A stretch of 63,954 nucleotides of DNA, the filler included, from an uncultured bacterium (lineage in GTDB: Bacteria; CAZDME01; JAYEMH01), in NCBI GenBank assembly GCA_964506785.1. It is 3 parts of 3 records of this genome, joined end to end, with 100 filler letters (N's around TTAATTAATTAA, not from the genome) between each part and the next. Parts side by side here need not be neighbours in the genome. Positions count along the whole stretch, not along the records: positions 28,180 to 54,829 come from CAZDME010000014.1; 2 more parts are not named here. The stretch is one strand, 5' to 3'. The translations under genes were made by a program, and so were the position numbers. Below are positions 38,316-47,579 of this stretch, piece after piece. How positions within the stretch are numbered: the stretch's first letter is position 1; every line of letters starts with the position of its first letter. The notes beneath the pieces were generated by a model that was not told the DNA's origin, did not search any database, and saw nothing but the letters and a program-made list of their open reading frames with translations.

Positions 38316-40616
38316 ATGTTCGAAAAAATTAAACGTATTCATTTTGTCGGTATTGGTGGCTCGGGCATGGCCGGTATTGCCCAGGTACTGCACACCCTGG
38401 GATATACGGTTTCTGGTTCGGATTTAAAATCTTCCGAGACTACCCGCAGACTTTCTCATTTGGGGATAAAGCTTTTTCTGGGACATCGTTCTTCACAGGT
38501 TAAAGGGGTAGATGTGGTTGTTGCCTCTACCGCCATTCCTTCATCCAACCCGGAGCTAAAAGAGGCCAAGCTTGAGCATATCCCTATTATTCCCCGGGCG
38601 GAGATGCTGGCTGAATTAATGCGTTTAAAATACGGTATTGCTGTCGCCGGAACCCATGGGAAGACGACCACCACATCTTTAATTTCTTTAATTCTCGCTA
38701 AGGGCAATATTGATCCCACCGTTATTGTTGGCGGCAAGGTTAACCACCTCAACAGTAATGCCAAATTAGGCGAAGGGAAATATTTAGTTGCCGAAGCCGA
38801 TGAAAGCGACGGTTCCTTTTTAACCTTGAATCCAACAATTGTTGTCGTCACCAACATTGATAACGACCATCTTGATTATTACGGCAGCTTAGAAAATATA
38901 AAACGGGATTTTCTTAAATTTATCAACAAAATTCCTTTCTATGGTGTTGCCTTGCTTTGTTACGATGACGAGAAAATCCGCCGTTTACTTCCTCAGGTGA
39001 AACGCAAATATTTTACTTACGGCCTTAATCCTCAGGCGGACATTACCGCCAAAGAGATTACTCCTTTTGCCAGAGGTTCCTTCTTCAGGCTTTTTTATCA
39101 GGGTAAAGATTTCGGGAAATTTAAAATAAACCTGATGGGAAGGCATAATCTTACCAATGCCTTGGGGGCAATCGGCGTGGGCATTGTCCTCGGGATTTCG
39201 CCGGATAGGATTAAAGAAGCCCTGGCTGAGTTTAGAGGGGTAGAAAGAAGGCTCCAGATTCTCGGAAGGATTGGTGGGGCAATTATCCTTGATGATTATG
39301 GACACCATCCTACCGAGATTGCCGCTACCTTAGCGGCGGTAAAAGCGCGCTGGCCAAAAAAAAGAATAAAGGTTATTTTCCAGCCTCACCGTTATTCCCG
39401 CACCCGATTACTTCACAAGGAATTTGCCCGGGCTTTTAAATTAACGGATGGCCTGATTATCACCGATATTTATCCGGCTGGAGAGAAAGCTATCCCGGGG
39501 GTAGATTCCCAGCTTATCGTTAAAGATTTTCAAAACGCCGGCCGGCCGGTTATCTATCATCCGCAGGTAGATGAAGGTTTGAAGAATTCTATTTTATCTG
39601 AATTGTCAGCTAACGATGTTTTACTTACCTTGGGGGCGGGTGATATCGTGAAATTAGGAAAAGCCGTTCTTGGCAAAACCGAACTTAGCCAGGGGGGTAA
39701 AGCTAATTGGAAAGAAGAACTTTCTTGTCTGGTCAGAGGCAAGTTAAAATTTGATGAACCAATGGGAGACCATACTACTTTTGGTGTTGGTGGCCCAGCC
39801 GAAGCCTGGGTTGAACCGCGGGATATAGAAGATTTAAAAAACATCATGGTTTTTATCAAAAAGCATCAGCTTAATTATTTTATTGTGGGAAGGGGCAGTA
39901 ACCTTCTGGTCAAAGATAAAGGGATTCGGGGTTTAGTGGTTAATTTAGGCCGGTATTTCCGCAGGCTCCGGTTTGGCCGTTTTGACAGTTTATCCGGTCG
40001 GGTTGAGGTGCAAGCGGGTCTGGATTTAACTGATTTGCTTTGGGAGTTAGAAAAGAACGGCTTAACCGGGCTTGAGATTCTAAAGGGAATCCCCGGCACC
40101 GTCGGAGGGGCCGTTTGGATGAATGCCGGCTTAGCCGAGGAAAATATTGGCCGATTTATTGAAAAGGTAAAGGTAATTAACCAAGAAGGAGAACTAAAGG
40201 AATTCCGTTCAGACGAATTCTATTTTTCTTATCGGAGATTAAACTTACCCGAACCGGCGATAATCTGTGAAGTAACCTTAAAGTTGGCCCGGGCCTCTCA
40301 AAAGGAGATTAAGCAGAATGGAAAACTTCGTCTGAGGCGTAAAATGGAGCGCCAGCCGCTTTCATTTCCGTCGGCCGGATGCATTTTTAAGAACCCTGAA
40401 GGCAAAAAAGCCTCTATTTTGATTGACCAGTTAAATCTCAAAGGTTTCACCCTTGGAGGAGCGGAGATTTCCACTCAACACGCCAATTTCATTGTTAAGA
40501 AGGGAGAGGCGAAGGCATCCGATATTCTCGGTTTAATCCAGGTCATACAAAGAGAGGTAAAAGAAAAACAGGGTGTCAAGCTTGAAAAGGAGATTGTTGT
40601 CGTTGGAGAGGACTAA
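38316..40616 (+). CDS. murC: MurC-MurB fusion (L-Ala ligase plus enolpyruvylglucosamine reductase)
   Basis: N-terminal part: GIGGSGM, GTHGKTTT, EADESD, DDYGHHPTE. C-terminal part: HTTFGVGGPA, GRGSNLL, IPGTVGGA..MNAG, SAGCIFKNP, HANFI. One continuous ORF. Confidence 0.95.
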   Translation: MFEKIKRIHFVGIGGSGMAGIAQVLHTLGYTVSGSDLKSSETTRRLSHLGIKLFLGHRSSQVKGVDVVVASTAIPSSNPELKEAKLEHIPIIPRAEMLAELMRLKYGIAVAGTHGKTTTTSLISLILAKGNIDPTVIVGGKVNHLNSNAKLGEGKYLVAEADESDGSFLTLNPTIVVVTNIDNDHLDYYGSLENIKRDFLKFINKIPFYGVALLCYDDEKIRRLLPQVKRKYFTYGLNPQADITAKEITPFARGSFFRLFYQGKDFGKFKINLMGRHNLTNALGAIGVGIVLGISPDRIKEALAEFRGVERRLQILGRIGGAIILDDYGHHPTEIAATLAAVKARWPKKRIKVIFQPHRYSRTRLLHKEFARAFKLTDGLIITDIYPAGEKAIPGVDSQLIVKDFQNAGRPVIYHPQVDEGLKNSILSELSANDVLLTLGAGDIVKLGKAVLGKTELSQGGKANWKEELSCLVRGKLKFDEPMGDHTTFGVGGPAEAWVEPRDIEDLKNIMVFIKKHQLNYFIVGRGSNLLVKDKGIRGLVVNLGRYFRRLRFGRFDSLSGRVEVQAGLDLTDLLWELEKNGLTGLEILKGIPGTVGGAVWMNAGLAEENIGRFIEKVKVINQEGELKEFRSDEFYFSYRRLNLPEPAIICEVTLKLARASQKEIKQNGKLRLRRKMERQPLSFPSAGCIFKNPEGKKASILIDQLNLKGFTLGGAEISTQHANFIVKKGEAKASDILGLIQVIQREVKEKQGVKLEKEIVVVGED

Positions 40617-40620
40617 GAAA

Positions 40621-41559
40621 ATGAAAGAACGCGTGGCGGTTTTAATGGGCGGCCAGACCAGTGAAAGGGATATTTCTCTTGTTTCCGGGAAAGCGGTTGC
40701 TGAGGCTTTAGCTTCTCGAAACTATCAGGTTTCCTCTATTGACATAAACGGCAGGATTAAGCTGGAGGAGAGGCTTTCAGATGAGAAAATTGATGTTGCC
40801 TTTATCGCCCTGCATGGCCGCTATGGCGAAGATGGTTCGGTTCAGCGGTTGCTGGAAAAGTTAAAGATTGCCTATACCGGTTCAGGCGTGACCGCCAGCT
40901 TCCTGGCGCTCAACAAAATTGAAGCCAAGAAAATTTTTCAGGCAAAAAATATTTCTACCCCGCCTTTTTTCAGTTTAAATAATCCGCAAAGTTACAAGTT
41001 TTTTCTGAAAAGGGCGCCTTTTGAATTTCCCTGGGTGATTAAACCGGCGGCCGAAGGCTCGAGTATCGGGCTTTCCGTTATAGAAGAGGCGGAATCATTA
41101 GATAAGGCAATTAAATTTGCTTCATCCTACGGAGAAAAAATTTTAGTAGAAAAATATATCGCCGGCCGGGAAATTACCGTAGGCATTTTAGATGAATATC
41201 CTTTACCTGTTCTTGAGGTAATCCCCAAAAGGAAATTTTATGATTATAAAGCTAAATATACCAAAGGGGAAAGTGAGTATTTGGTTCCGGCGCCTATTGA
41301 GCTTAAGATTTATCAAGAGATACAGATGGTTGCTCTGGCCGCTCACCAGGCCCTGGGTTGTGAAGGGATGTCCCGGGTGGATATGAGGTTGGATTCGCAA
41401 AATAAGCCTTACGTGCTGGAGGTAAATACTATTCCCGGATTAACCGAATTAAGTTTACTGCCCAAAGCGGCCCGGGCCATAGGTGTTTCTTTCCCTGATT
41501 TATGCTGCATTTTAGTTAAGCTGGCAAAAAACAGGCAACTTACCGATGAAAAGGAATAG
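40621..41559 (+). CDS. ddl: D-alanine-D-alanine ligase
   Basis: GGQTSERDISL.SG, ALHGRYGEDG, FYDYKAKY, LEVNTIPG; GGAGAGG RBS before ATG 40621. Confidence 0.96.
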   Translation: MKERVAVLMGGQTSERDISLVSGKAVAEALASRNYQVSSIDINGRIKLEERLSDEKIDVAFIALHGRYGEDGSVQRLLEKLKIAYTGSGVTASFLALNKIEAKKIFQAKNISTPPFFSLNNPQSYKFFLKRAPFEFPWVIKPAAEGSSIGLSVIEEAESLDKAIKFASSYGEKILVEKYIAGREITVGILDEYPLPVLEVIPKRKFYDYKAKYTKGESEYLVPAPIELKIYQEIQMVALAAHQALGCEGMSRVDMRLDSQNKPYVLEVNTIPGLTELSLLPKAARAIGVSFPDLCCILVKLAKNRQLTDEKE

Positions 41560-42328
41560 AGAGCTTAAAAAACATTCCCGGCGGAAATTGGTGCGGATGA
41601 TTAAGCTAACGGGGCTTCTCTTCATTATTTTCGGCGTTTACTGGTTATCTCTTGAAGCCAGAAGATTTCTTAAGACCGATTCACTTTTTCAGACTGGGCA
41701 TATTTTCTTTGAAAAGAGCAATTTGCTTAACCATCCCGAAGTGATGAAAATTTCAGAGGCTAATTATAATTTGAATATTTTCGCCTTTAACCTCTGGAAG
41801 ATAAAAAAGACTCTTGAGAACATTCCCCAGGTTAGAAAGGTAATTGTCAAAAGGAAATTTCCGAATATAGTAGAGATAAGATTAGAAGAAAGAAAGCCGC
41901 TTTTCCTCCTCAACTGGAAAGAATCTTTTTACGGGGTAGATAAAGATGGTTATATTTTCCCTCAATTGGAGGGGAATCCCTGCTGGGACTTACCGGTAAT
42001 AACCGGCTTGAAAGATAAATATTTAGAGAATTTTTTCTCCGCCGGGGAGATTTTGCCGGAGATTATCCTCGCTTTGAAAATAAACGATTATTTTAAAGGC
42101 AATCGGCCGGGGCCTCTAAAACTTTCCGAGGTTCATTTTGGAGACTTTGATGAATTTTCGCTTTATACCTTTAATCCCCGCATGGGACTTCGTTTCACTA
42201 AAGATGGTTTTAAAAAGGGATTCGAAAACCTAGATTTGGTATTGGCTGATTTCGACAGAGGCGCCGGCTCTATAGACTCTATGGATTTGCGTTTCCCGGA
42301 AAAGGTTTTCATACACTTAGAAGGATAA
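41546..42328 (+). CDS. ftsQ: Cell division protein FtsQ/DivIB
   Basis: TM helix, POTRA-like VIVKRKFPNIVEI.LEERKP, C-terminal DLRF; between ddl and ftsA. Confidence 0.88.
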   Translation: MKRNRELKKHSRRKLVRMIKLTGLLFIIFGVYWLSLEARRFLKTDSLFQTGHIFFEKSNLLNHPEVMKISEANYNLNIFAFNLWKIKKTLENIPQVRKVIVKRKFPNIVEIRLEERKPLFLLNWKESFYGVDKDGYIFPQLEGNPCWDLPVITGLKDKYLENFFSAGEILPEIILALKINDYFKGNRPGPLKLSEVHFGDFDEFSLYTFNPRMGLRFTKDGFKKGFENLDLVLADFDRGAGSIDSMDLRFPEKVFIHLEG

Positions 42329-42329
42329 A

Positions 42330-43559
42330 ATGATGAGACGAGACGATTTAATTATCGGTTTAGATGTTGGTACCACAAAAATCTGTGCCTTATTGGGACA
42401 GATTAACGACAAAGGGAAAATCGAATTACGGGGTATGGGTTTAGTCCCTTCAGTCGGATTGAAAAAAGGGGTGGTGGTAAATCTAGAGGAGACTATTGAT
42501 TCCATCAGCAAAGCCTTGAATATTCTCGAGAAATCCTCTCAGGAAGGGGTGAGCCAGGTGGTGGCCGGCATTGCCGGCAGGCATATCCACGGTTTAAACA
42601 GCCGCGGAGCCATCGGTATTTCTCGAACCGACCATGAAATAACCACTAAAGATGTCAATCGGGTTATCAATGCGGCTAAAGTAGTCGCTATCCCTCCTGA
42701 CCGTCAGCTTATTCATGTCCTCCCTCAGGAATTCATTATTGACGAACAAAATGGGATTAAGGTTCCCCTGGGTATGTCCGGGGTGAGATTGGAAGCCGAG
42801 GTTTTTTTAGTTACCGGAGCGGCCACTTCTATTCAAAATATTATGAAAAGTATCAACCGGGCGGGTTTTAGTGTTGAAGAGATGGTTCTGGGGCCATTGG
42901 CTTCCAGCGAGGCGGTGCTGACCGAGGACGAGAAGAAATTAGGGGTAGTCTTGGTTGATATCGGCGGAGGAACGACTGATCTGGTTATTTATACTGACGG
43001 TATCATTAGGCATATAAAGATTATTCCGGTCGGCGGCGAACATGTCACCAATGATTTGGCTGTGGGTCTTAGAACCTCGACAATTCTGGCTGAGGGGCTT
43101 AAGAAAAAAGAGGGTTCGACCTTGCGGACTTTAACTAAAGATGACCAGGTTACCATTTTAACCAGTCTTGGAGGCAGAGAACATCAATTCCCCCGGCATC
43201 TCCTTTGCGAAATTATCGAAGCCCGGATGGAAGAGATTTTTAATTTGGTCAAAAAAGAGATTATGAAGAGCGGTTTTATGGATTTAATTGCCGCTGGAGT
43301 TGTTCTTACTGGAGGCGGTTCTTTACTAAAAGGCTTGCCCGAAATGGCTGAAGAAATTTTTAACCTTCCGGTAAGGATCGGGATTCCGGGCGGTCTTATC
43401 GAAAAAGAAAAATCGACCAATAATCCGATGTTTTCTGTCGGAGTGGGTCTTTTACTCCACGCTTTAAAATCAAGGCAGCTCGGAAGAACCAGCCTAAAGG
43501 GCGGCATTTTTAACCGAGCCCTGGGAAGATTTAAAGAGAAGGTGGAGGATTTATTTTAA
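42330..43559 (+). CDS. ftsA: Cell division protein FtsA
   Basis: GLDVGTTKI, VDIGGGTTD, GGEHVTNDLA, VLTGGGS. Confidence 0.97.
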   Translation: MMRRDDLIIGLDVGTTKICALLGQINDKGKIELRGMGLVPSVGLKKGVVVNLEETIDSISKALNILEKSSQEGVSQVVAGIAGRHIHGLNSRGAIGISRTDHEITTKDVNRVINAAKVVAIPPDRQLIHVLPQEFIIDEQNGIKVPLGMSGVRLEAEVFLVTGAATSIQNIMKSINRAGFSVEEMVLGPLASSEAVLTEDEKKLGVVLVDIGGGTTDLVIYTDGIIRHIKIIPVGGEHVTNDLAVGLRTSTILAEGLKKKEGSTLRTLTKDDQVTILTSLGGREHQFPRHLLCEIIEARMEEIFNLVKKEIMKSGFMDLIAAGVVLTGGGSLLKGLPEMAEEIFNLPVRIGIPGGLIEKEKSTNNPMFSVGVGLLLHALKSRQLGRTSLKGGIFNRALGRFKEKVEDLF

Positions 43560-43562
43560 TCA

Positions 43563-43641
43563 GTTCTTAGTTTTTGGCTCTTTACTTTTAGTCAAAACAT
43601 TTATGTTTACCATGAGCCATGAACCAAGAGCCATAAGCTAC
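43563..43641. repeat. Intergenic heptamer (CATGAGC-type) repeat element with inverted arms
   Basis: CATGAGC CATGAAC CAAGAGC CATAAGC at 43611-43638; complementary left arm GTTCTTA GTTTTTG GCTCTTT. Confidence 0.75.
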
Positions 43642-43665
43642 TAGTTAATTAGAGCCGAAAATGGA

Positions 43666-44808
43666 GTGACCATGCTGGAATTTGACGAAAAAGAATATCA
43701 TTCTTTTGCTAAAATAAAAGTTTTAGGTTTGGGCGGCGGGGGGAGTAATGCGGTTAATCGAATGATTAATTCGGGAATGAAGGGAATAAAATTTTTTACT
43801 TTAAATACCGATGCCCAAGCTTTGGCTACTTCTATCGCTTCCCAACGGATCCAAATTGGCAGTAAACTTACCAAGGGGTTGGGTTCCGGGGCCAATCCTG
43901 AAATCGGACGTCAAGCCGCTTTGGAAGACAGGAAAATAATAAAAGAGGCCTTAAAGGACACCGATATGATTTTTCTTACCGCCGGTTTAGGCGGAGGAAC
44001 AGGTACCGGTGCCACCCCGATTGTTGCCGAGATTGCCAAGGAACTCAATATTCTTACGATTGCCGTAGTCACCAAGCCTTTTTCTTTTGAAGGAAGAAAA
44101 AGAGCCATAGTAGCCGAAGAAGGGCTTAAAACGTTAGCTGATAAGGTAGACACTTTAATCTGTATTCCTAACCAAAAACTGTTTGATGTGGTCGATAAAG
44201 CCACTCCTATTCTTGATGCCTTTAAGGTTGCTGACGATGTTTTGGCTCGCGGCGTTGAGGGTGTTTCTGATTTAGTAATTGAGTCCGGCCTGATTAACTT
44301 GGATTTTGCTGATGTTAAAACAGCTATGTCTGAAGGCGGCAAATCCCTTTTGGGTGTTGGCTGCGGCCGGGGTAAATCAAGAGCCGTTGAAGCGGCCGGT
44401 GCGGCTATCTCCAGCCCCCTTTTAGAATACCCCGGTATAGAAGGAGCCAAAGGGGTTTTGATGAACATTACCGGCGGTAAAGACCTCACCCTTTTTGAGG
44501 TTAAGGAAGCCAGCACCATAATTTACGAAAGTGCCGACCGGCAGGCCAATATAATTTTCGGGGCTATTATCAAACCGCAGCTTAAGGAAGAGGTTAAAGT
44601 TACCATTATTGCCACCGGGATGGATGAGGTCGATCCGAAGAGAATATTTTTACCTCGTTCTTCCCGGAGGGCCCATCCCAATTTTGACACTCCGGCTTAT
44701 CGCCGGGGACGTCGGGAAAGGACTTCAATCTCCCAGGATTCCGACTTTATTGACGAGGATAATTTAGATATTCCTACTTTTCTTCGCAATAAACCGTCCC
44801 GGCATTAA
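43666..44808 (+). CDS. ftsZ: Cell division protein FtsZ
   Basis: GGGGSNAVN, GLGGGTGTG, INLDFADV, C-terminal LDIPTFLR. Confidence 0.98.
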   Translation: MTMLEFDEKEYHSFAKIKVLGLGGGGSNAVNRMINSGMKGIKFFTLNTDAQALATSIASQRIQIGSKLTKGLGSGANPEIGRQAALEDRKIIKEALKDTDMIFLTAGLGGGTGTGATPIVAEIAKELNILTIAVVTKPFSFEGRKRAIVAEEGLKTLADKVDTLICIPNQKLFDVVDKATPILDAFKVADDVLARGVEGVSDLVIESGLINLDFADVKTAMSEGGKSLLGVGCGRGKSRAVEAAGAAISSPLLEYPGIEGAKGVLMNITGGKDLTLFEVKEASTIIYESADRQANIIFGAIIKPQLKEEVKVTIIATGMDEVDPKRIFLPRSSRRAHPNFDTPAYRRGRRERTSISQDSDFIDEDNLDIPTFLRNKPSRH

Positions 44809-44811
44809 AAT

Positions 44812-45519
44812 ATGAAATATGCGAAAGTTTTTCCTAATTTAGGAGTAATTGAATTTGACCCGCTCAAGAATTTTTCGGAGATAACCCATTTTTTCACCAC
44901 GCGTCAATTTGGCAATATGGCCCTGCACGTGGCGACTACAGAAAGTAATTTGAGGGGAGCCTTAGTTCATAGGGAAAGGGCCTGTCAAACTTATGCTATT
45001 GATTCTAACCATTTAGTCACCGCCCAGCAGGTTCATGGCGACCGTCTTGTCCGGGTAAGGCCGGGAATGAGAGGTATGGGCGCCAAAGATTATAGTCAGG
45101 CTATTCCTGATTGTGACGGCTTACTAACCGCTTATAACCAAGTGCCTTTGGCTATTTTCGTTGCCGATTGCCTGCCTTTGTATATTTATGACTACCGGAA
45201 TCAAGCCATTGCTTTGGTTCACGCCGGGAAGAAGGGAACGCAGTTAGAAATAGCCAGGAAGGCCCTTAAAATGATGGAGGAGGAGTATCAGACCGACCCC
45301 AAAAAATGCCTTGCTCTTTTGGGCCCGGCCATTGGCCCTTGCTGTCTGGATTTGGATCTTTACGATTTAAACCGAAAACAGCTATATCAGGCTGGTTTAA
45401 TGGAGGAATGTATTTATTCGGTAGATACCTGCACCTCCTGTGAGAGTCAGCTTTTTTATTCTTATCGCCGGGAAAAGGAAAAAGCCGGCCGGATGATGGC
45501 TCTTTTAATGATCAAGTAG
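44812..45519 (+). CDS. pgeF: Peptidoglycan editing factor PgeF/YfiH
   Basis: QVHG, DGLLT, VADCLP, VHAG, CTSC, YSYRRE, GRM. Confidence 0.92.
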   Translation: MKYAKVFPNLGVIEFDPLKNFSEITHFFTTRQFGNMALHVATTESNLRGALVHRERACQTYAIDSNHLVTAQQVHGDRLVRVRPGMRGMGAKDYSQAIPDCDGLLTAYNQVPLAIFVADCLPLYIYDYRNQAIALVHAGKKGTQLEIARKALKMMEEEYQTDPKKCLALLGPAIGPCCLDLDLYDLNRKQLYQAGLMEECIYSVDTCTSCESQLFYSYRREKEKAGRMMALLMIK

Positions 45520-45534
45520 TTTCTTCTATTTTTC

Positions 45535-45563
45535 TTGCTAAGCCTATTCTCTTGGGTTATAAT
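45535..45563 (+). promoter_or_regulatory. Sigma70 promoter upstream of proC-recA
   Basis: TTGCTA-N17-TATAAT. Confidence 0.7.
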
Positions 45564-45613
45564 ACTCAAATTATGCTAAAAAGCTGGTACCACAAGGAAG
45601 GCAGTCCCTAAAG

Positions 45614-46432
45614 ATGCTTAAAGAGAGAATCGGTATAGTTGGCCTGGGGAATATGGGTGGCGCGCTTCTCCGGGGTTTAAAGAAAGCCAAACTTATTTCC
45701 GGCCGGCAGGTAATCCTTTTTGATAAAGAGCCCTTTCGTCTTGATCAAATGGCCAAAGAATTAGGTTTTCCCAAGGCCTCCGGTAATCGGGAGCTTGTTC
45801 AAAAAAGCCAGGGGGTGATTTTGGCGGTCAAACCTCAAGATATCAGTCAGGTATTAAAGGAAACGGCGGAGGATTGGAGGGGGGATAAATTTATAATCTC
45901 TATTGCCGCCGGAATAACGATTGCCTTTATTGAAAAAAAAGTTAAACAAGCCTTGGGGGTAATTCGGGCAATGCCCAATACCCCGGCGAGAATTGGTGCC
46001 GGCATTACCGCTATTAGTTCCAATCGACTGGCTGATTTTCAACCTAAAGAAGCGGCTAAAAGTATTTTTCGGGCCTTTGGTGAAGTAATCGAGGTTGAAG
46101 AAAGCGCCATGGATTTAGTCACTGCTTTAAGCGGCGGCGGCCCGGCTTACTTCTTTCTAATTATGGAAGCCTTAATAGAGGCCGGCCAGAGTTTAGGTTT
46201 GGCGAAGATTACCGCCGAGAAACTAATTAAAGAGACTGCTTTGGGAGCGGCGGGATTAGCCAAAGAAATTCCTGGAAGCCTTTCCGAATTAAGAGAAAAC
46301 GTAACTTCACCCGGGGGAACAACCGAAGCCGCCTTAGAGGTTTTTAAGAAGGCTGACCTAAAGAAGATTATTTTCCAGGCGGTAAAAGCCGCCCGGGAGA
46401 AGGCAAAAATATTAAGTCTAAATAGCGAATAG
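45614..46432 (+). CDS. proC: Pyrroline-5-carboxylate reductase
   Basis: GLGNMG, AVKPQ, SIAAG, RAMPNTP, VTSPGGTT. Confidence 0.96.
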   Translation: MLKERIGIVGLGNMGGALLRGLKKAKLISGRQVILFDKEPFRLDQMAKELGFPKASGNRELVQKSQGVILAVKPQDISQVLKETAEDWRGDKFIISIAAGITIAFIEKKVKQALGVIRAMPNTPARIGAGITAISSNRLADFQPKEAAKSIFRAFGEVIEVEESAMDLVTALSGGGPAYFFLIMEALIEAGQSLGLAKITAEKLIKETALGAAGLAKEIPGSLSELRENVTSPGGTTEAALEVFKKADLKKIIFQAVKAAREKAKILSLNSE

Positions 46433-46477
46433 CAAGATTTTAACCGTAATTCAGGAAATGAAAGGGAGGGTTGAAAA

Positions 46478-47482
46478 ATGGCAGAAGAAAAAAAGGCAGA
46501 AAAATCGAGAGCTTTGGATTTAGCCATTACCCAGATTGAACGTCAATTTGGTAAAGGGGCGATTATGAAGCTGGGTAAAGCCAGCGCCGGAGTGAAGATT
46601 TCGGTTATCCCCACCGGAGCCCTGTCTTTGGATTTGGCTTTAGGCGTGGGCGGTTTTCCCCGGGGGCGGGTAACGGAAATTTTTGGCCCGGAGATGTCTG
46701 GGAAGACCACTCTTTCTTTGACGGCTATTGCCAATGTTCAAAGGAACGGGGGCACGGCCGCTTTTATTGACGCCGAGCACGCCCTGGATCCGAAGTATGC
46801 GAAACTTTTGGGGGTAAACATTGATGAACTTTATATTTCCCAGCCCGATACCGGCGAGCAGGCTTTAGAAATTGCCGAAACTTTGGTCAGGAGCAATGCC
46901 ATCGATTTAATTGTTGTCGATTCGGTTGCCGCTTTAGTCCCCCGGGCAGAAATTGAAGGGGAGATGGGTGATGTCCATATGGGTCTTCAAGCCCGGCTTA
47001 TGTCTCAAGCCTTGCGAAAACTTTCCGCGGCTATCAGTAAATCTCTCACCAGCGTTATTTTCATTAATCAGCTGCGGGAGAAGATTGGAGTGATGTTTGG
47101 CAATCCCGAGACCACCCCGGGCGGCCGCGCTCTTAAATTTTATGCCTCGGTGCGGCTGGACATGCGCAAAATTAATACCATAAAGGAAGGAGAGGTTTTT
47201 GTTGGCAACCGGGTTAGGGTTAAAGTAGCCAAAAACAAAGTTGCCCCTCCTTTTCGCACCGCTGAGTTTGACATTCTTTTTAAAGAAGGCATTTCTAAAG
47301 AGGGAAACATTTTGGATCTCGGGGTAGACCTAAATTTAGTCGATAAATCCGGCGCCTGGTTTACCTATAAAGACGAAAAGTTAGGGCAGGGACGGGAAAA
47401 TGCCCGCGTTTATCTTAAAGAGCATCCTAAAATCAGCAGTGAAATTGAAAAACAGGTTTTAGCCGGCAAGCCCGGTATTTAA
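46478..47482 (+). CDS. recA: Recombinase A
   Basis: [34 protein letters not shown]; no intein. Confidence 0.99.
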   Translation: MAEEKKAEKSRALDLAITQIERQFGKGAIMKLGKASAGVKISVIPTGALSLDLALGVGGFPRGRVTEIFGPEMSGKTTLSLTAIANVQRNGGTAAFIDAEHALDPKYAKLLGVNIDELYISQPDTGEQALEIAETLVRSNAIDLIVVDSVAALVPRAEIEGEMGDVHMGLQARLMSQALRKLSAAISKSLTSVIFINQLREKIGVMFGNPETTPGGRALKFYASVRLDMRKINTIKEGEVFVGNRVRVKVAKNKVAPPFRTAEFDILFKEGISKEGNILDLGVDLNLVDKSGAWFTYKDEKLGQGRENARVYLKEHPKISSEIEKQVLAGKPGI

Positions 47483-47579
47483 AATAGGACTGGAACACGG
47501 AATATCTGCCGGCCGGGAGAGGAGCATATCGGCCGACAGCCAGGCGGACGGCAAGATAGCGAATAAAGGGAGGGAAAGA

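Noticed and set aside
43911-44519. Long antisense ORFs (202 aa opposite ftsZ; others opposite murD, comM, hisA, proC and alaS)
   Set aside because: Shadow frames of conserved genes, with no recognisable motifs or RBS
46478-47482. Intein in RecA or an upstream LexA box
   Set aside because: RecA is normal length (334 aa) and I recognise no SOS-box palindrome
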